Source of the DNA: a bacterium HR29
GTDB taxonomy: Bacteria > Chloroflexota > Dehalococcoidia > Tepidiformales > Tepidiformaceae
DNA length: 64,000 nt
Direction: 5' to 3'
NCBI GenBank assembly: GCA_002898215.1
Contig: BEIF01000001.1
Span: forward strand, 841,602-905,601
Part shown: one piece after another, positions 53,925 to 63,909 of the stretch
Layout: each line of letters begins with the position of its first letter
Position numbering within the stretch: position 1 is the stretch's first letter
Position numbers and translations under genes: made by a program
Notes under the pieces: model-generated
Told to the model about the DNA's origin: nothing
Databases searched by the model: none
Seen by the model: only the letters and a program-made list of their open reading frames with translations

Positions 53925-54167
53925 ATGCCGACCTACGAGTATCAGTGCCAGGAGTGCGGGGCGACCTACGAGCTCCAGGAGAGCTTCACAGCCGCCTCGA
54001 CGCACACCTGCCGGAAGTGCCAACGGGGAACGGCGAAGCGGGTGCTCCATGCCCCGCGGATCGTCTTCAAGGGGAGCGGCTTCTACGTCACCGATAACCG
54101 GAAGGGCTCGCCTTCCGATTCCGACTCCTCCAGCGAGAGCGTGAAGTCCGAGTCGGCGGCCTCGTAG
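53925..54167 (+). CDS. FmdB-family zinc-ribbon protein (CxxC..CxxC) with Ser/Asp-rich tail
   Basis: MPTYEYQCQECG..HTCRKCQ..VFKGSGFYVTD is the canonical FmdB/TIGR02605 pattern. GGGGGAG SD. Confidence 0.8.
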   Translation: MPTYEYQCQECGATYELQESFTAASTHTCRKCQRGTAKRVLHAPRIVFKGSGFYVTDNRKGSPSDSDSSSESVKSESAAS

Positions 54168-54246
54168 GGCGCCTGGAGGAATATTCGTTCACCGCGAAGG
54201 AACAGCCTTTGGGGCGCGCGCGCCGTAGGGTATACTCGCGCCCGAG

Positions 54247-55560
54247 TTGAGCGCTACCGATCGAGCCCGGGGGGTGCATCCTCGTGGCGTCGCGGCCCGG
54301 CGCCGCATCCTGGCCGCCGCGCTGGAGCTCTTCCTTTCGGAGGGCTACGAGGCGGCCACGGTCCGCGCTATCGGCCGCCGTGCAGGCGTTTCGGATTCGG
54401 CGCTCTACTACTACTTCGAAAGTAAGGCAGCGATCCTCGAAGCCCTCCTCGTGGAGCCCCAGTGGCCGTACCCGGAGCGCCCCATCCGCACGGTCGCCGA
54501 CCTCCGTCAGCTCGCCCTAGACCAGTTCTCCGCCTGGCTGCAGAACGCCTCGCTCGTCCGCCTCACCATGCGGGAGGCGCTTTCCGGTCAGCCGCTGGCG
54601 CGCCACTTCTCGGTCCGCATGACCCAACTGGCGGAGCAGCGGATTTGCGATGCGGCGGCGAAGGTCTTCCCTCCCGACGAAGCGGAGGCCGTCAGCGAAG
54701 CGCTCGATGCAGTGCGCTTCGGTGCCATCGCCGACGCCCTCCTCCACGCTGTCGACCAGCTCGAACGGTACGCATCCTCCGAGGAATACCGCGCTTGGTT
54801 GGCCACATTGGTCGATTTGGTCCTTCCGGAGGCGGCTCCGGGGCCGCCATCTGCGCCCATCGTTCCGTTCCCCCGCGCGACGGAGCTTCGCCTCGATGCG
54901 GACGGCTCGCACCGACCGGACGACGAGGCCGGAGGAGGGCCGCGCGAGTCCATCCGTCGTACGCCACGGGAGCGGGGAAATGAGCGCACGCGGGAGCGGA
55001 TCCTGCAGGCGGCGGCGGAGCTCTTCGCCGAACGCGGCTTCGATGGAACGTCCATGAAGGCGGTGGCTGCGCGGGTCGGCCTGTCCGACGCCGCGCTCTA
55101 CTACTACTTCCGCTCGAAGCACGAACTCCTCGAAGCGCTCTGGGACATCCCCGAAATCCGGCGCTTCGGGGGCAGGGAACAGCCCGAATTCCCCTCCACG
55201 CTCGCCGAGCTCGTCGATGCCGTGGCGGACACCATCGCCGCCCAGGACACCATCATCCGCCTCACAGCCGTGCGCACCCTCGCCGGCGACCGAACGGCCC
55301 GCTCCCTCCGCGAGTACACGCTCGCCCGGTGGAGGCAGTACCTCCTCCGCTGGCTGGAACGCCGCCTCGCCTTGCCTCCCGGCCGACGCGAGCGCGTGGC
55401 CGACGCCCTCACGCTCGCGGTCCTGGGGACCGTGTATCCCGCACAGATTCGCTACGGTACCGACGCGCCATCGTACTTCCGCAGTCCCGAGTATCGAGGC
55501 AGGCTGCTCCGGACCGCGGAGCGGCTCGTGGGAGGGGCGGTCCCGGCCGCCGGGAGTTGA
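54247..55560 (+). CDS. Tandem (duplicated) TetR-family regulator: two complete TetR units in one 437-aa chain
   Basis: Two HTH regions: RRRILAAALELFLSEGYEAATVRAIGRRAGVSDSALYYYFESK and RTRERILQAAAELFAERGFDGTSMKAVAARVGLSDAALYYYFRSK. Each is followed by about 150 aa. TTG start, with an upstream TATACT -10 (54231-54236). Confidence 0.75.
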   Translation: MSATDRARGVHPRGVAARRRILAAALELFLSEGYEAATVRAIGRRAGVSDSALYYYFESKAAILEALLVEPQWPYPERPIRTVADLRQLALDQFSAWLQNASLVRLTMREALSGQPLARHFSVRMTQLAEQRICDAAAKVFPPDEAEAVSEALDAVRFGAIADALLHAVDQLERYASSEEYRAWLATLVDLVLPEAAPGPPSAPIVPFPRATELRLDADGSHRPDDEAGGGPRESIRRTPRERGNERTRERILQAAAELFAERGFDGTSMKAVAARVGLSDAALYYYFRSKHELLEALWDIPEIRRFGGREQPEFPSTLAELVDAVADTIAAQDTIIRLTAVRTLAGDRTARSLREYTLARWRQYLLRWLERRLALPPGRRERVADALTLAVLGTVYPAQIRYGTDAPSYFRSPEYRGRLLRTAERLVGGAVPAAGS

Positions 55561-55568
55561 GCGCAGGC

Positions 55569-56054
55569 ATGCGGCTCGTCATCCAGCGGGTGAACCGCGC
55601 CAGTGTCACCGTTGGCGAACAGCAGGTATCCGCCATCGGGCAAGGCATGCTGGTGTTGGTGGGCATTCGCCGTGGCGACACGGAGGAGACCGCACGCCAG
55701 CTCGCCCGGAAGACCGTCGAGCTCCGCATCTTCGAGGACGCCGCAGGATTGATGAACCGTTCGCTCCTGGAGACGGGCGGCGAGCTGCTGGCCGTCAGCC
55801 AGTTCACCCTCTACGCCGATGCCCGGCGCGGCCGTCGCCCTTCGTTCGCAAAGGCGGCACCGGCGGAGGCAGCCCGGCCCATCTTCGAGGCCTTCTGCCA
55901 GGCCGTCGAAGACGCCGGCGTACCCTGCCGACGGGGAGCCTTCGGCGCCGAGATGCTGGTGGAGCTCATCAACGACGGGCCGGTGACGATCGTCCTCGAC
56001 TCCGACGAACTGGCACGTCCGCGCCGGCAACGCAATGATGTGGGGGAGCCCTGA
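55569..56054 (+). CDS. dtd: D-aminoacyl-tRNA deacylase
   Basis: MRLVIQRV.., LLAVSQFTLYAD..GRRPSF, and NDGPVT motifs. Confidence 0.9.
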   Translation: MRLVIQRVNRASVTVGEQQVSAIGQGMLVLVGIRRGDTEETARQLARKTVELRIFEDAAGLMNRSLLETGGELLAVSQFTLYADARRGRRPSFAKAAPAEAARPIFEAFCQAVEDAGVPCRRGAFGAEMLVELINDGPVTIVLDSDELARPRRQRNDVGEP

Positions 56055-56084
56055 ACGGCGCCACGACCTGCGGGGACCAAGCCG

Positions 56085-57824
56085 ATGCGGATGACCCGAT
56101 TCGTAGTGAAGACGCTGCGGGAGGCGCCCTCCGAAGCGGAGACGCCGAGCCATCGCCTCCTGCTGCGAGCGGGGCTCGTCGTCCCGCTGGCAGCCGGTCT
56201 CTACTGCTTCACGCCCTTCGGCTGGCGGGTCGCTAGGCGCATGGAGGCCATCATCCGCGAAGAGATGGACCGCTCCGGTGCGCTCGAGGTTCACCTCCCC
56301 GCGCTCCAGCCCATCGAGCTCTGGCAGCAGTCGGGACGGGACCGCGCCTTCGGCCCGGTGCTGTTCCGCCTGCAGGACCGACGGGAGCGGTGGTTCGCCC
56401 TCGGTCCCACGCACGAAGAGGTCGTCAGCTTCCTTGCCGCTCGCCACATCCAGAGCTACCGCGACCTTCCCTTCACGCTGTACCAGATTCAGACGAAGTT
56501 CCGCGACGAGATTCGTCCGCGCGGGGGCCTCATCCGCTTGCGCGAGTTCATCATGATGGACGCCTACAGCTTCGACGCCGATTGGGAGGGGCTCGACCGC
56601 TCGTACGAGGCAGCCTTCCAGGCGTACCTACGAATCTTCGCCCGGGCCGGCATCCCGGTCATCGCCGTCGAGGCGGATTCCGGCGCCATCGGCGGAAAGG
56701 ACAGCCAGGAGTTCATGTACCTGACGGAGGTGGGCGAGGACACCATCCTCCGCTGCGAGCGCTGCGGGTATGCGGCGAACGCCGAAAAGGCCGACTTCCG
56801 GCGGCCGCCGCCGATCCCCGGTGAACCCCGGCCCCTGGAGAAGGTAGCTACCCCCGGAGCATCCACGATCGCCGAACTGGCGGCCTTCCTCGGCATCGAG
56901 CCCCGGGCGACCTGCAAAGCTGTCTTCTACGAAGTGGACGGGCGCCCCGTGTTCGTCGCCATCCGTGGAGACCTCGACGTGAACGAGGTGAAGCTGAAGA
57001 ACACGCTCAAGGCGAAGGACCTCGCTCCGATGGGAGAGGAGGCGGTACGGCGCGCGGGACTCGTCGCGGGATATGCGTCGGCCATCGGGTTGCCCGCCGG
57101 GATTCTGGTTGTGGCGGACGAGAGCGTCGTCGACGCCCCCAACCTCGTCGCCGGCGCGAACGAACCGGGTTTCCACCTCCTCAACACGAACTACGGCCGG
57201 GACTGGCGGGCCGATATCGTCGCCGATATCGCCCTGGCCCGGGCGGGCGACGGCTGCCCCCGCTGCGAGGGCACCCTCGAGACCCGACGCGGGATCGAGA
57301 TGGGGCACGTCTTCAAGCTCGGTACGGTGTACGCGGAGTCCATGGATGTCCGCTACCTGGACGAGCGCGGAGACCAGCGCCCGGTGGTCATGGGCTGTTA
57401 CGGAATCGGCCTGGAGCGGATGATCGCCGCCTGCATCGAGGCGAATCACGACGAGGACGGAATCATTTGGCCGCCGGACGTCACCCCCTTCGACGCCCAT
57501 ATCGTGGTGCTCAACGCCGACCGCCCCGAGGTAGCCGATACGCTCGCCGCCCTCGAGGCGAGCTTCGCCGCTGCCGGCTTGGACCCGCTGGTCGACGACC
57601 GCGACGAGTCGGCCGGAATCAAGTTCAAGGACGCGGACTTGCTGGGCATTCCCGTCCGGCTCACCGTCAGCCCCCGAGCCCTTCAGCAGGGCGGCGTGGA
57701 GGTACGGCGGCGGCGGACGGGCGAGACGCGTATCGTTCCGGCCGCCGAAGCGGTACAGGCGGTGCGCACAATCCTGGAGGAGGAGTCGGGAGCGGTGGGA
57801 GCCGCTCGAACGCTTGCGTCGTGA
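56085..57824 (+). CDS. proS: Proline--tRNA ligase (bacterial type with editing insertion)
   Basis: Class II motifs (FRDEIRPRGGLIRLREF, GIEMGHVFKLG, GCYGIGLER), 579 aa. Confidence 0.92.
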   Translation: MRMTRFVVKTLREAPSEAETPSHRLLLRAGLVVPLAAGLYCFTPFGWRVARRMEAIIREEMDRSGALEVHLPALQPIELWQQSGRDRAFGPVLFRLQDRRERWFALGPTHEEVVSFLAARHIQSYRDLPFTLYQIQTKFRDEIRPRGGLIRLREFIMMDAYSFDADWEGLDRSYEAAFQAYLRIFARAGIPVIAVEADSGAIGGKDSQEFMYLTEVGEDTILRCERCGYAANAEKADFRRPPPIPGEPRPLEKVATPGASTIAELAAFLGIEPRATCKAVFYEVDGRPVFVAIRGDLDVNEVKLKNTLKAKDLAPMGEEAVRRAGLVAGYASAIGLPAGILVVADESVVDAPNLVAGANEPGFHLLNTNYGRDWRADIVADIALARAGDGCPRCEGTLETRRGIEMGHVFKLGTVYAESMDVRYLDERGDQRPVVMGCYGIGLERMIAACIEANHDEDGIIWPPDVTPFDAHIVVLNADRPEVADTLAALEASFAAAGLDPLVDDRDESAGIKFKDADLLGIPVRLTVSPRALQQGGVEVRRRRTGETRIVPAAEAVQAVRTILEEESGAVGAARTLAS

Positions 57825-57856
57825 TGCTATACTTCACGGGTAGGCAGACCTGAGAC

Positions 57857-57881
57857 AGGTGGGCTCTCGCCCACCTTTTTG
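57857..57881 (+). terminator. Rho-independent terminator after proS: aggtgggc-tctc-gcccacct followed by TTTTT
   Basis: 8-bp GC-rich stem, 4-nt loop and a T-run, read directly. It ends 9 nt before the nusA ATG. Confidence 0.75.
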
Positions 57882-57889
57882 TTGGAGCT

Positions 57890-59440
57890 ATGAAGAACGA
57901 GTTCTTGCTCGCCATCAGCCAGCTCGCCGCGGAAAAGAACCTGCCCAAGGAAGTGGTCATCGAGGCGGTGGAGGCCGCGCTGGCCGCTGCCTACCGCCGG
58001 GACGGGGAGAACGCACCCAATCTTTACGTCAAGATCGACCCGGACACGGGCGAGATCCACGCCTATCAGCAACGGGTGGTCGTCGAAGAGGTCACCGACC
58101 CGCAAGTGGAGATCTCGGTGGCGGATGCGCGGCGGTACAAGCGGGACGCGAAGCCGGGCGACATCCTCGACTTCGAGATGAAGCTCCCGCAGAACGCCGG
58201 GCGCATCGCCGCCCAGACAGCGAAGCAGGTGGTTCTGCAACGGCTGCGGGAGGCGGAGCGTGAGGCCATCTACGAGGAGTACGCCGGCAAGGAAGGCGAG
58301 CTCGTCGTGGGCACGGTGCAGCGCATCGACCCGCGCCAGGCGCTCCTCCTCATCGGCCGGGGTACCGAGGCCGTCTTGCCGGCTTCGGAGCAGGTGCGGA
58401 ACGAGCATCTCCGGCCGGGACAGCGGGTGAAGGTCGTCATCCTCGAGGTGCTGCGATCGGCGAAGGGTCCGCAAATCATCGTGAGCCGCGCTCACCGGAA
58501 CCTGTTGCGGCGGCTCTTCGAGATGGAAGTGCCCGAGATCGCGAACGGCCTCGTCGAGATCAAGTCCATCGCCCGCGAGGCGGGCTACCGAAGCAAGGTG
58601 GCCGTCCACGCCCGGGACGCGAGCATCGACCCGATCGGCGCCTGCGTCGGCCTGCGGGGCACGCGCATCCAGAACATCGTCAACGAACTGAACGGCGAGC
58701 GGATCGACGTCATCAAGTGGGACCCGAACCCGGCGAACTTCGTGGCGAACGCCCTCAGCCCCGCCCAGGTCCTCGACGTGGAGGTGCACCCGCACGAGCG
58801 GCGGGCGGTGGTCATCGTGCCCGACAAGATGCTCTCCCTCGCCATCGGCAAGGAGGGCCAGAACGCGCGCCTGGCAGCGAAGCTCACGGGCTGGCGCATC
58901 GACATCCACAGCCAGTCGGCGGTGGAGCGCGCAGCGGCGGGCACGGCGCCCGAGGCACCCTCGACCTTCGTGCCCTACCAGCCGGGCGAGGAGCCCGATA
59001 TCGACCTGGTGGCCGAGGAGGCACCCGCAGCGCCGACTGCCCCCGCGCCCGCCACCCCCGCGGTCGAACGGCCCGCGACCGCCGCGGAGGCCGCTCCTGT
59101 GCCCGAAGCGCCCGCCCCACCATCCGAGCCAGAGCCGGAAGAGGAGTTCAGCTTCGCTGCCGCCATCGCCGAAATGGAGGTGCCCGACCGCGAGGAGCGC
59201 GAGTCGGAAGAGTACGGCATCGAGGAGTTCGAGGAAGAGGAGGAGGAGTACGAGATCCCCGTCGCAATCGTCGAAGAGGAGCGGCCGAAGGCCCTGCGCT
59301 TCGCCGAGGAGATCCTGCCGCGAATCGAGGAAGAGGAAACAGCGAAGAAGGCGAAGAAGAAGCGGAAGGGCCCCCGGCCGCGGCTGGAGGAGGACTTCGA
59401 CGAGATGGAGGAGATCGACTACCACGGCCGGATCCACTGA
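57890..59440 (+). CDS. nusA: Transcription termination/antitermination factor NusA with a long acidic low-complexity C-terminal extension
   Basis: NTD ([23 protein letters not shown]), S1, and KH1/KH2 ([24 protein letters not shown]; [22 protein letters not shown]). About 170 aa of Glu/Pro/Ala-rich tail follow. Confidence 0.92.
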   Translation: MKNEFLLAISQLAAEKNLPKEVVIEAVEAALAAAYRRDGENAPNLYVKIDPDTGEIHAYQQRVVVEEVTDPQVEISVADARRYKRDAKPGDILDFEMKLPQNAGRIAAQTAKQVVLQRLREAEREAIYEEYAGKEGELVVGTVQRIDPRQALLLIGRGTEAVLPASEQVRNEHLRPGQRVKVVILEVLRSAKGPQIIVSRAHRNLLRRLFEMEVPEIANGLVEIKSIAREAGYRSKVAVHARDASIDPIGACVGLRGTRIQNIVNELNGERIDVIKWDPNPANFVANALSPAQVLDVEVHPHERRAVVIVPDKMLSLAIGKEGQNARLAAKLTGWRIDIHSQSAVERAAAGTAPEAPSTFVPYQPGEEPDIDLVAEEAPAAPTAPAPATPAVERPATAAEAAPVPEAPAPPSEPEPEEEFSFAAAIAEMEVPDREERESEEYGIEEFEEEEEEYEIPVAIVEEERPKALRFAEEILPRIEEEETAKKAKKKRKGPRPRLEEDFDEMEEIDYHGRIH

Positions 59441-59449
59441 GGGAGGACG

Positions 59450-59761
59450 ATGGTTCGCGGCCGGGGTCCCCGGACGAAGCACGTTCCGATCCGTACGTGC
59501 ATCGGCTGCCAAGAGGAATCTCCCAAGCGGGAGCTCCTCCGCATTGTCCGAACGCCGGAAGGCCGCGTGGCCGTCGACCCCACCGGCCGAATGCCAGGCA
59601 GAGGAGCCTACCTCCACCCTCAGCGGGCGTGCTGGGAGAAAGCGCTGAAACGCGGTAGCATAAGGTACGCACTGAAGATCACCCCGGCACCTGACGATGT
59701 CGAGGCGCTGCGAGCGTTCGGCATGAGCCTGCCGGAAGACAAAGGCGACGACGCTCCATGA
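59450..59761 (+). CDS. ylxR: YlxR/RnpM (DUF448) family RNA-binding protein
   Basis: RTCIGC....ELLRIV....D..GR.PGRGAYL motif. Canonical position between nusA and infB. Confidence 0.88.
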   Translation: MVRGRGPRTKHVPIRTCIGCQEESPKRELLRIVRTPEGRVAVDPTGRMPGRGAYLHPQRACWEKALKRGSIRYALKITPAPDDVEALRAFGMSLPEDKGDDAP

Positions 59762-61557
59762 CCTCACGCACGACCTCGCAGACCAAGACCCAACCGGCGA
59801 AGACCGTCCGCATTCCCGACGCGCTGACGGTGAAGGAGCTCGGCGACATCCTGGGCGTGTCGCCCATCGAAGTCATCAAGCGGCTGATGACGCACGGGAT
59901 CATGGCGGCGCTGAACAACACCATCGACTTCCGCGCCGCGGAGCTCGTAGCGAAGGACTTCGGCTTCACTGCCGAGCTCGAGCAGCCCGAGATCGAGCCC
60001 GTACAGGAGGAGCCGGTTCTTTCCGACGAGGAAACGCCCGACGATCCCTCACAGCTCGTCGAGCGGCCGCCCGTGGTGACCGTCCTCGGCCACGTCGACC
60101 ATGGGAAGACCTCGCTCCTCGACGCCATTCGAAAGACGCGCGTCGCCGCCAGCGAAGCGGGCGGCATCACCCAGCACATCGGCGCCTACCAGGTCACGCG
60201 CAACGGGAAGACGATCACGTTCATCGACACGCCCGGCCACGCCGCCTTCACGGCGATGCGCGCCCGCGGCGCCCGCGTGACCGATATCGCCGTCCTCGTT
60301 GTCGCCGCCGATGACGGGGTGATGCCCCAGACCATCGAAGCCATCAACCACGCGAAGGCGGCGAACGTTCCCATCATCGTCGCCATCAACAAAGTGGACT
60401 TGCCCCAGGCGAACCCCGACCGTGTCAAGCAGCAGCTCCTCGAGCACGGCGTGGTCGTCGAGGAGTACGGTGGAGACTCCCTCGCGGTCGAGGTCTCGGC
60501 GGTCAAAGGCACCGGCATCGACGACCTGCTCGAGGCAATCAACCTCGTCGCCGAGCTGCTGGAGCTGAAGGCGAATCCCAATCGTCCGGCCAGCGGGTAC
60601 GTCATCGAAGCGAAGCTCGACACCAGCCGCGGGCCCGTGGCCACCCTCCTCGTCAAGAACGGCACCCTGCGACGTGGCGACGCGCTCGTCGCCGGGGAGG
60701 CCCCCGGCAAGGTGCGCGCCATGTTCGACGAGAACGGCCGGCAGGTGAACGAAGCCGGGCCCTCGAAGCCTGTACAGGTGATGGGCCTGGAGCAGGTTCC
60801 CGAGGCGGGCGACCGCTTCCGCGTCGTCGCGGACGAGAAGACGGCACGGCAGATCGCCGAGGAGCGGCGAAGGGAGCGCGAAGCACGCGAGCAGCCTGCC
60901 CACGCTCACGTGGCCCTCGACACGCTGTTCAACGAAATCAGCGCCGGCAAGCTGAAGGAGCTCATCCTCATCGTGAAGGCCGACGTCCACGGGAGCGTCG
61001 AGGCCATCAAGACCGCCCTGGAGGGGCTGAGCACGCCCGAGGTGAAGGTGCGGATCATCCACGCGGCGCCCGGTCCCGTCACCGACTCCGATGTGATGTT
61101 GGCCGAGGCGTCGCGCGGGATCATCATCGCCTTCAACACCCGCATCGAGCCGACGGCGAAGAAGCGGGCCGAGCAGTCGGGCATCGAAATCCGGAGCTTC
61201 CGCATCATCTACGAGCTCATCGACGCCGTGCAGCAAGCCCTCACCGGCATGTACGAACCGGTGTTCGAAACCGTGGTCGACGGCCACGCGGAAGTCCGGG
61301 CCGTCTTCAAATCGAGCCGGGTCGGGCAGATCGCCGGCTGCTACGTCACCGACGGCACGATCCGCCGCGGAAGCTGGGTTCGCGTGCTGCGCAACGGCGA
61401 GGAAATCGCCCGGGGCCGGTGCGAATCGCTCAAGCGGTTCAAGGACGACGTCCGCGAGGTGCAGGCGGGTTACGAGTGCGGCCTCACCATCGGCGGGTTC
61501 GACAAGTTCCAGGAAGGCGACGTCCTCGAGTTCTACCACGAAGAGCGCGTGCGGTAA
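59758..61557 (+). CDS. infB: Translation initiation factor IF-2 (short N-terminal region)
   Basis: G domain [25 protein letters not shown], plus the C-terminal beta-barrels. Confidence 0.95.
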   Translation: MTSRTTSQTKTQPAKTVRIPDALTVKELGDILGVSPIEVIKRLMTHGIMAALNNTIDFRAAELVAKDFGFTAELEQPEIEPVQEEPVLSDEETPDDPSQLVERPPVVTVLGHVDHGKTSLLDAIRKTRVAASEAGGITQHIGAYQVTRNGKTITFIDTPGHAAFTAMRARGARVTDIAVLVVAADDGVMPQTIEAINHAKAANVPIIVAINKVDLPQANPDRVKQQLLEHGVVVEEYGGDSLAVEVSAVKGTGIDDLLEAINLVAELLELKANPNRPASGYVIEAKLDTSRGPVATLLVKNGTLRRGDALVAGEAPGKVRAMFDENGRQVNEAGPSKPVQVMGLEQVPEAGDRFRVVADEKTARQIAEERRREREAREQPAHAHVALDTLFNEISAGKLKELILIVKADVHGSVEAIKTALEGLSTPEVKVRIIHAAPGPVTDSDVMLAEASRGIIIAFNTRIEPTAKKRAEQSGIEIRSFRIIYELIDAVQQALTGMYEPVFETVVDGHAEVRAVFKSSRVGQIAGCYVTDGTIRRGSWVRVLRNGEEIARGRCESLKRFKDDVREVQAGYECGLTIGGFDKFQEGDVLEFYHEERVR

Positions 61558-61591
61558 GTCCGCCTCCGCGCCCGACTGATGGGGTGAGGCG

Positions 61592-61963
61592 ATGAGCAGG
61601 CGGACCGAACGGGTCGGCGAGCTCCTCCGACAAGAGCTGAGCGAGCTCCTCGTGCGAGGCGTGAAGGACCCACGGGTCGAGCACGGCCTCGTCTCGGTGA
61701 CCGCGGTCGACGTTTCGCCCGACCTCCGGTACGCAACCGTGTACGTCTCCCACCTCGGCAGCGAGGAGGAGCGCGCGGAAGTCCTCGAGGGGCTGGAGCA
61801 CGCGGCAGCCTACCTGCACAATGAGCTGGTGCGCCGCCTCTCCATGAAGCACGTCCCCCGACTCCGGTTCCGCTTCGACCCGTCGATCGAGCGGGGGGCA
61901 CGGCTCTCCGTCCTCATCCGCCAACTCTCTCGCAAGGACGCCGAGCCGGAGCATGACGTTTAG
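61592..61963 (+). CDS. rbfA: Ribosome-binding factor A
   Basis: RVGELLRQELSELL..DPRV..VSVTAVDVSPDLRYATVYVS pattern. Confidence 0.9.
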   Translation: MSRRTERVGELLRQELSELLVRGVKDPRVEHGLVSVTAVDVSPDLRYATVYVSHLGSEEERAEVLEGLEHAAAYLHNELVRRLSMKHVPRLRFRFDPSIERGARLSVLIRQLSRKDAEPEHDV

Positions 61964-62873
61964 GCAGCCGCAGCGCGACCGCCTCCACGGCGTACTCCTT
62001 GTCGACAAGCCCCCGGCGTGGACGAGTCACGACGTGGTGGCGAAGGTGCGCCGCCTCAGCGGGGAACGCCGCATCGGCCACACCGGCACGCTCGACCCGA
62101 ACGCCACGGGCCTCCTGGTGCTCTGTCTGGGCCGCGCCACCCGCCTCGCCGAGTTCATGACCGCCCTCCCGAAGACGTACGAGGGCGAGATCGCGCTCGG
62201 GGTGCGGACGGATACGGATGACGCTGACGGCAACGTCCTCGAGGAGCGGCCCGTTCCGGCGTTCGACGAGGCGCGCCTCCGCGAGCTGGAGGAGGCGTTC
62301 ACCGGTGAACTCCTCCAGCGGCCTCCTGCCTACAGCGCCGTGAAGGTCGACGGCGAACGCTCGTACGCCCTTGCCCGGCGCGGCGAAGCCGTCGAGCTGC
62401 CGCCCCGGCTGGTGACCGTCTACGAGCTGCGCCTCCGCCGGATAGCGCCGGACCGCTTGGGGATCCGCGTGCGATGCAGCGCCGGATGCTACGTCCGCGC
62501 CCTCGCCCGCGACATCGGCGAGGCCCTCGGGTGCGGTGCCCATCTCGCCTCCCTCGCGCGGACCGAGGTGGGCGTGTTCCGGCTCTCCCAGGCCCACACC
62601 CTCGACCAGCTCGCCGCGGCGAGTGCCGAGGGACGCCTCCCGGAGCTCATCTTGCCGCCGGACGAAGGGGTCGCTTCCTACGAGGCGGCGATCGTGACTC
62701 CCTCTCGCGCTTGGCGACTCGCCCACGGGGAGCTCATCGGCCCTTCCCCTCGCCCGTGGCGACCGAGCGAACTCGCCCGCCTCTACGATACCCGGGGAGA
62801 GTTCATCGGCATGGGCCGGGTGCTGGAAACGGGGCACATCCGCCCGCTCAAGGTGATCGCCGAAACGGGGTGA
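61953..62873 (+). CDS. truB: tRNA pseudouridine(55) synthase
   Basis: GVLLVDKP.GWTSHDVV..R....R.IGHTGTLDP.ATGLLVL motif with the catalytic Asp. Confidence 0.92.
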   Translation: MTFRQPQRDRLHGVLLVDKPPAWTSHDVVAKVRRLSGERRIGHTGTLDPNATGLLVLCLGRATRLAEFMTALPKTYEGEIALGVRTDTDDADGNVLEERPVPAFDEARLRELEEAFTGELLQRPPAYSAVKVDGERSYALARRGEAVELPPRLVTVYELRLRRIAPDRLGIRVRCSAGCYVRALARDIGEALGCGAHLASLARTEVGVFRLSQAHTLDQLAAASAEGRLPELILPPDEGVASYEAAIVTPSRAWRLAHGELIGPSPRPWRPSELARLYDTRGEFIGMGRVLETGHIRPLKVIAETG

Positions 62874-62896
62874 CCGACGATTCGATGCCAAACGTC

Positions 62897-62924
62897 TTGA
62901 CAGGATGCCAGGCGGCGCTATCAT
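62897..62924 (+). promoter_or_regulatory. Sigma-70-type promoter candidate: TTGACA (62897-62902), 16 bp, TATCAT (62919-62924), upstream of the DUF5679 gene
   Basis: Hexamers read directly. Confidence 0.45.
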
Positions 62925-62998
62925 GCCAGCGAGCTGCGGCGATTTGCGAAATTGCATAGGCGATCGCGCAATTCGCCGTCGAGGAAGGAGGGCAAACC

Positions 62999-63142
62999 AT
63001 GGAGGCGTATTGCCTGAAGTGCCGCACGCGGCGCGAGATGAAGGACGCCAAGGCGGTCACGATGAAGAACGGCAAGCCGGCAACCCAAGGAGTGTGCCCG
63101 GTCTGCGGCACCACCATGTACAAGATCGGGAAGGCATCTTAG
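62999..63142 (+). CDS. DUF5679-family small zinc-ribbon protein (47 aa; absent from the ORF track)
   Basis: GAGGAAGGAGG SD. Translation: MEAYCLKCRTRREMKDAKAVTMKNGKPATQGVCPVCGTTMYKIGKAS, with a CxxC..CxxC pattern. I recognise this as a small protein widespread in high-GC Gram-positives and Chloroflexi. Confidence 0.75.
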   Translation: MEAYCLKCRTRREMKDAKAVTMKNGKPATQGVCPVCGTTMYKIGKAS

Positions 63143-63909
63143 GGAGCCAGTAGCCCCATCACCTCGCGAAAGAGCGCCGCGTTGGCGGCGACGGCCGAGG
63201 AGCGGGGGGTGGGGGCGCCGGGCCAATCGGCGATCCTCCCCCCCGCTTCGGTGATGATCGGCTCGAGGGCGGCAACGTCCCAAAGGTTGAGTTCGGGGTC
63301 GAGCATTACCTCCGCTCGACCGGAAGCCACGAGCACGTAGCCGTAGCAATCCCCCCACGTGCGGGCCAGATGCGCGCGCCGAAAGAGCTCCGTGCCTCCC
63401 GGACGGGAGACGACCGCCCGCCAATCCGTCGCCAGGACGGTCGCCTCCTCGAGCGTGCCCAGGGAGGAAACGCGGCACGGCGCGCCGTTGCGGTACGCCC
63501 CGAGTCCGCGCGCTGCCCAGAGCGTCTCGCCCACCGCGTGACAGGCCACCACCCCCACGAGCGGCGTTCCCCGCCATTCGAGAGCGATGAGCGTCCCGAA
63601 GAGCGGCACGCCGTGCACGAACGCCTTCGTGCCGTCGATGGGGTCGACGATCCACCGCCCGGGGACCGCGCCGGCAACCTCCCCGTACTCTTCGCCGAGA
63701 AACCCGAAGCCCGGGGTCTCGCCGGCGAAGTACTCCCGCAGGAGGAGCTCGGCTCGACGATCCGCCTCGGTCACCGGTGTCGCGTCGGCCTTCAGCTCCG
63801 CCGATACTCCCTGCCAGTAAAGGCGAAGGATCACCTCGCCGGCACGGCGCGCCCCCTCGAGGGCGAGAGCGAGGAGGTCCTTCAGCTCCGAAGTGGAGAG
63901 GTCGCTCAT
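63139..63909 (-). CDS. Inositol monophosphatase family protein (HisN/histidinol-phosphatase-like)
   Basis: EADRRAE, WIVDPIDGT, and WDVAA motifs. ATG 63909 forms an ATGA overlap with the upstream gene. Confidence 0.8.
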   Translation of the reverse strand: MSDLSTSELKDLLALALEGARRAGEVILRLYWQGVSAELKADATPVTEADRRAELLLREYFAGETPGFGFLGEEYGEVAGAVPGRWIVDPIDGTKAFVHGVPLFGTLIALEWRGTPLVGVVACHAVGETLWAARGLGAYRNGAPCRVSSLGTLEEATVLATDWRAVVSRPGGTELFRRAHLARTWGDCYGYVLVASGRAEVMLDPELNLWDVAALEPIITEAGGRIADWPGAPTPRSSAVAANAALFREVMGLLAP

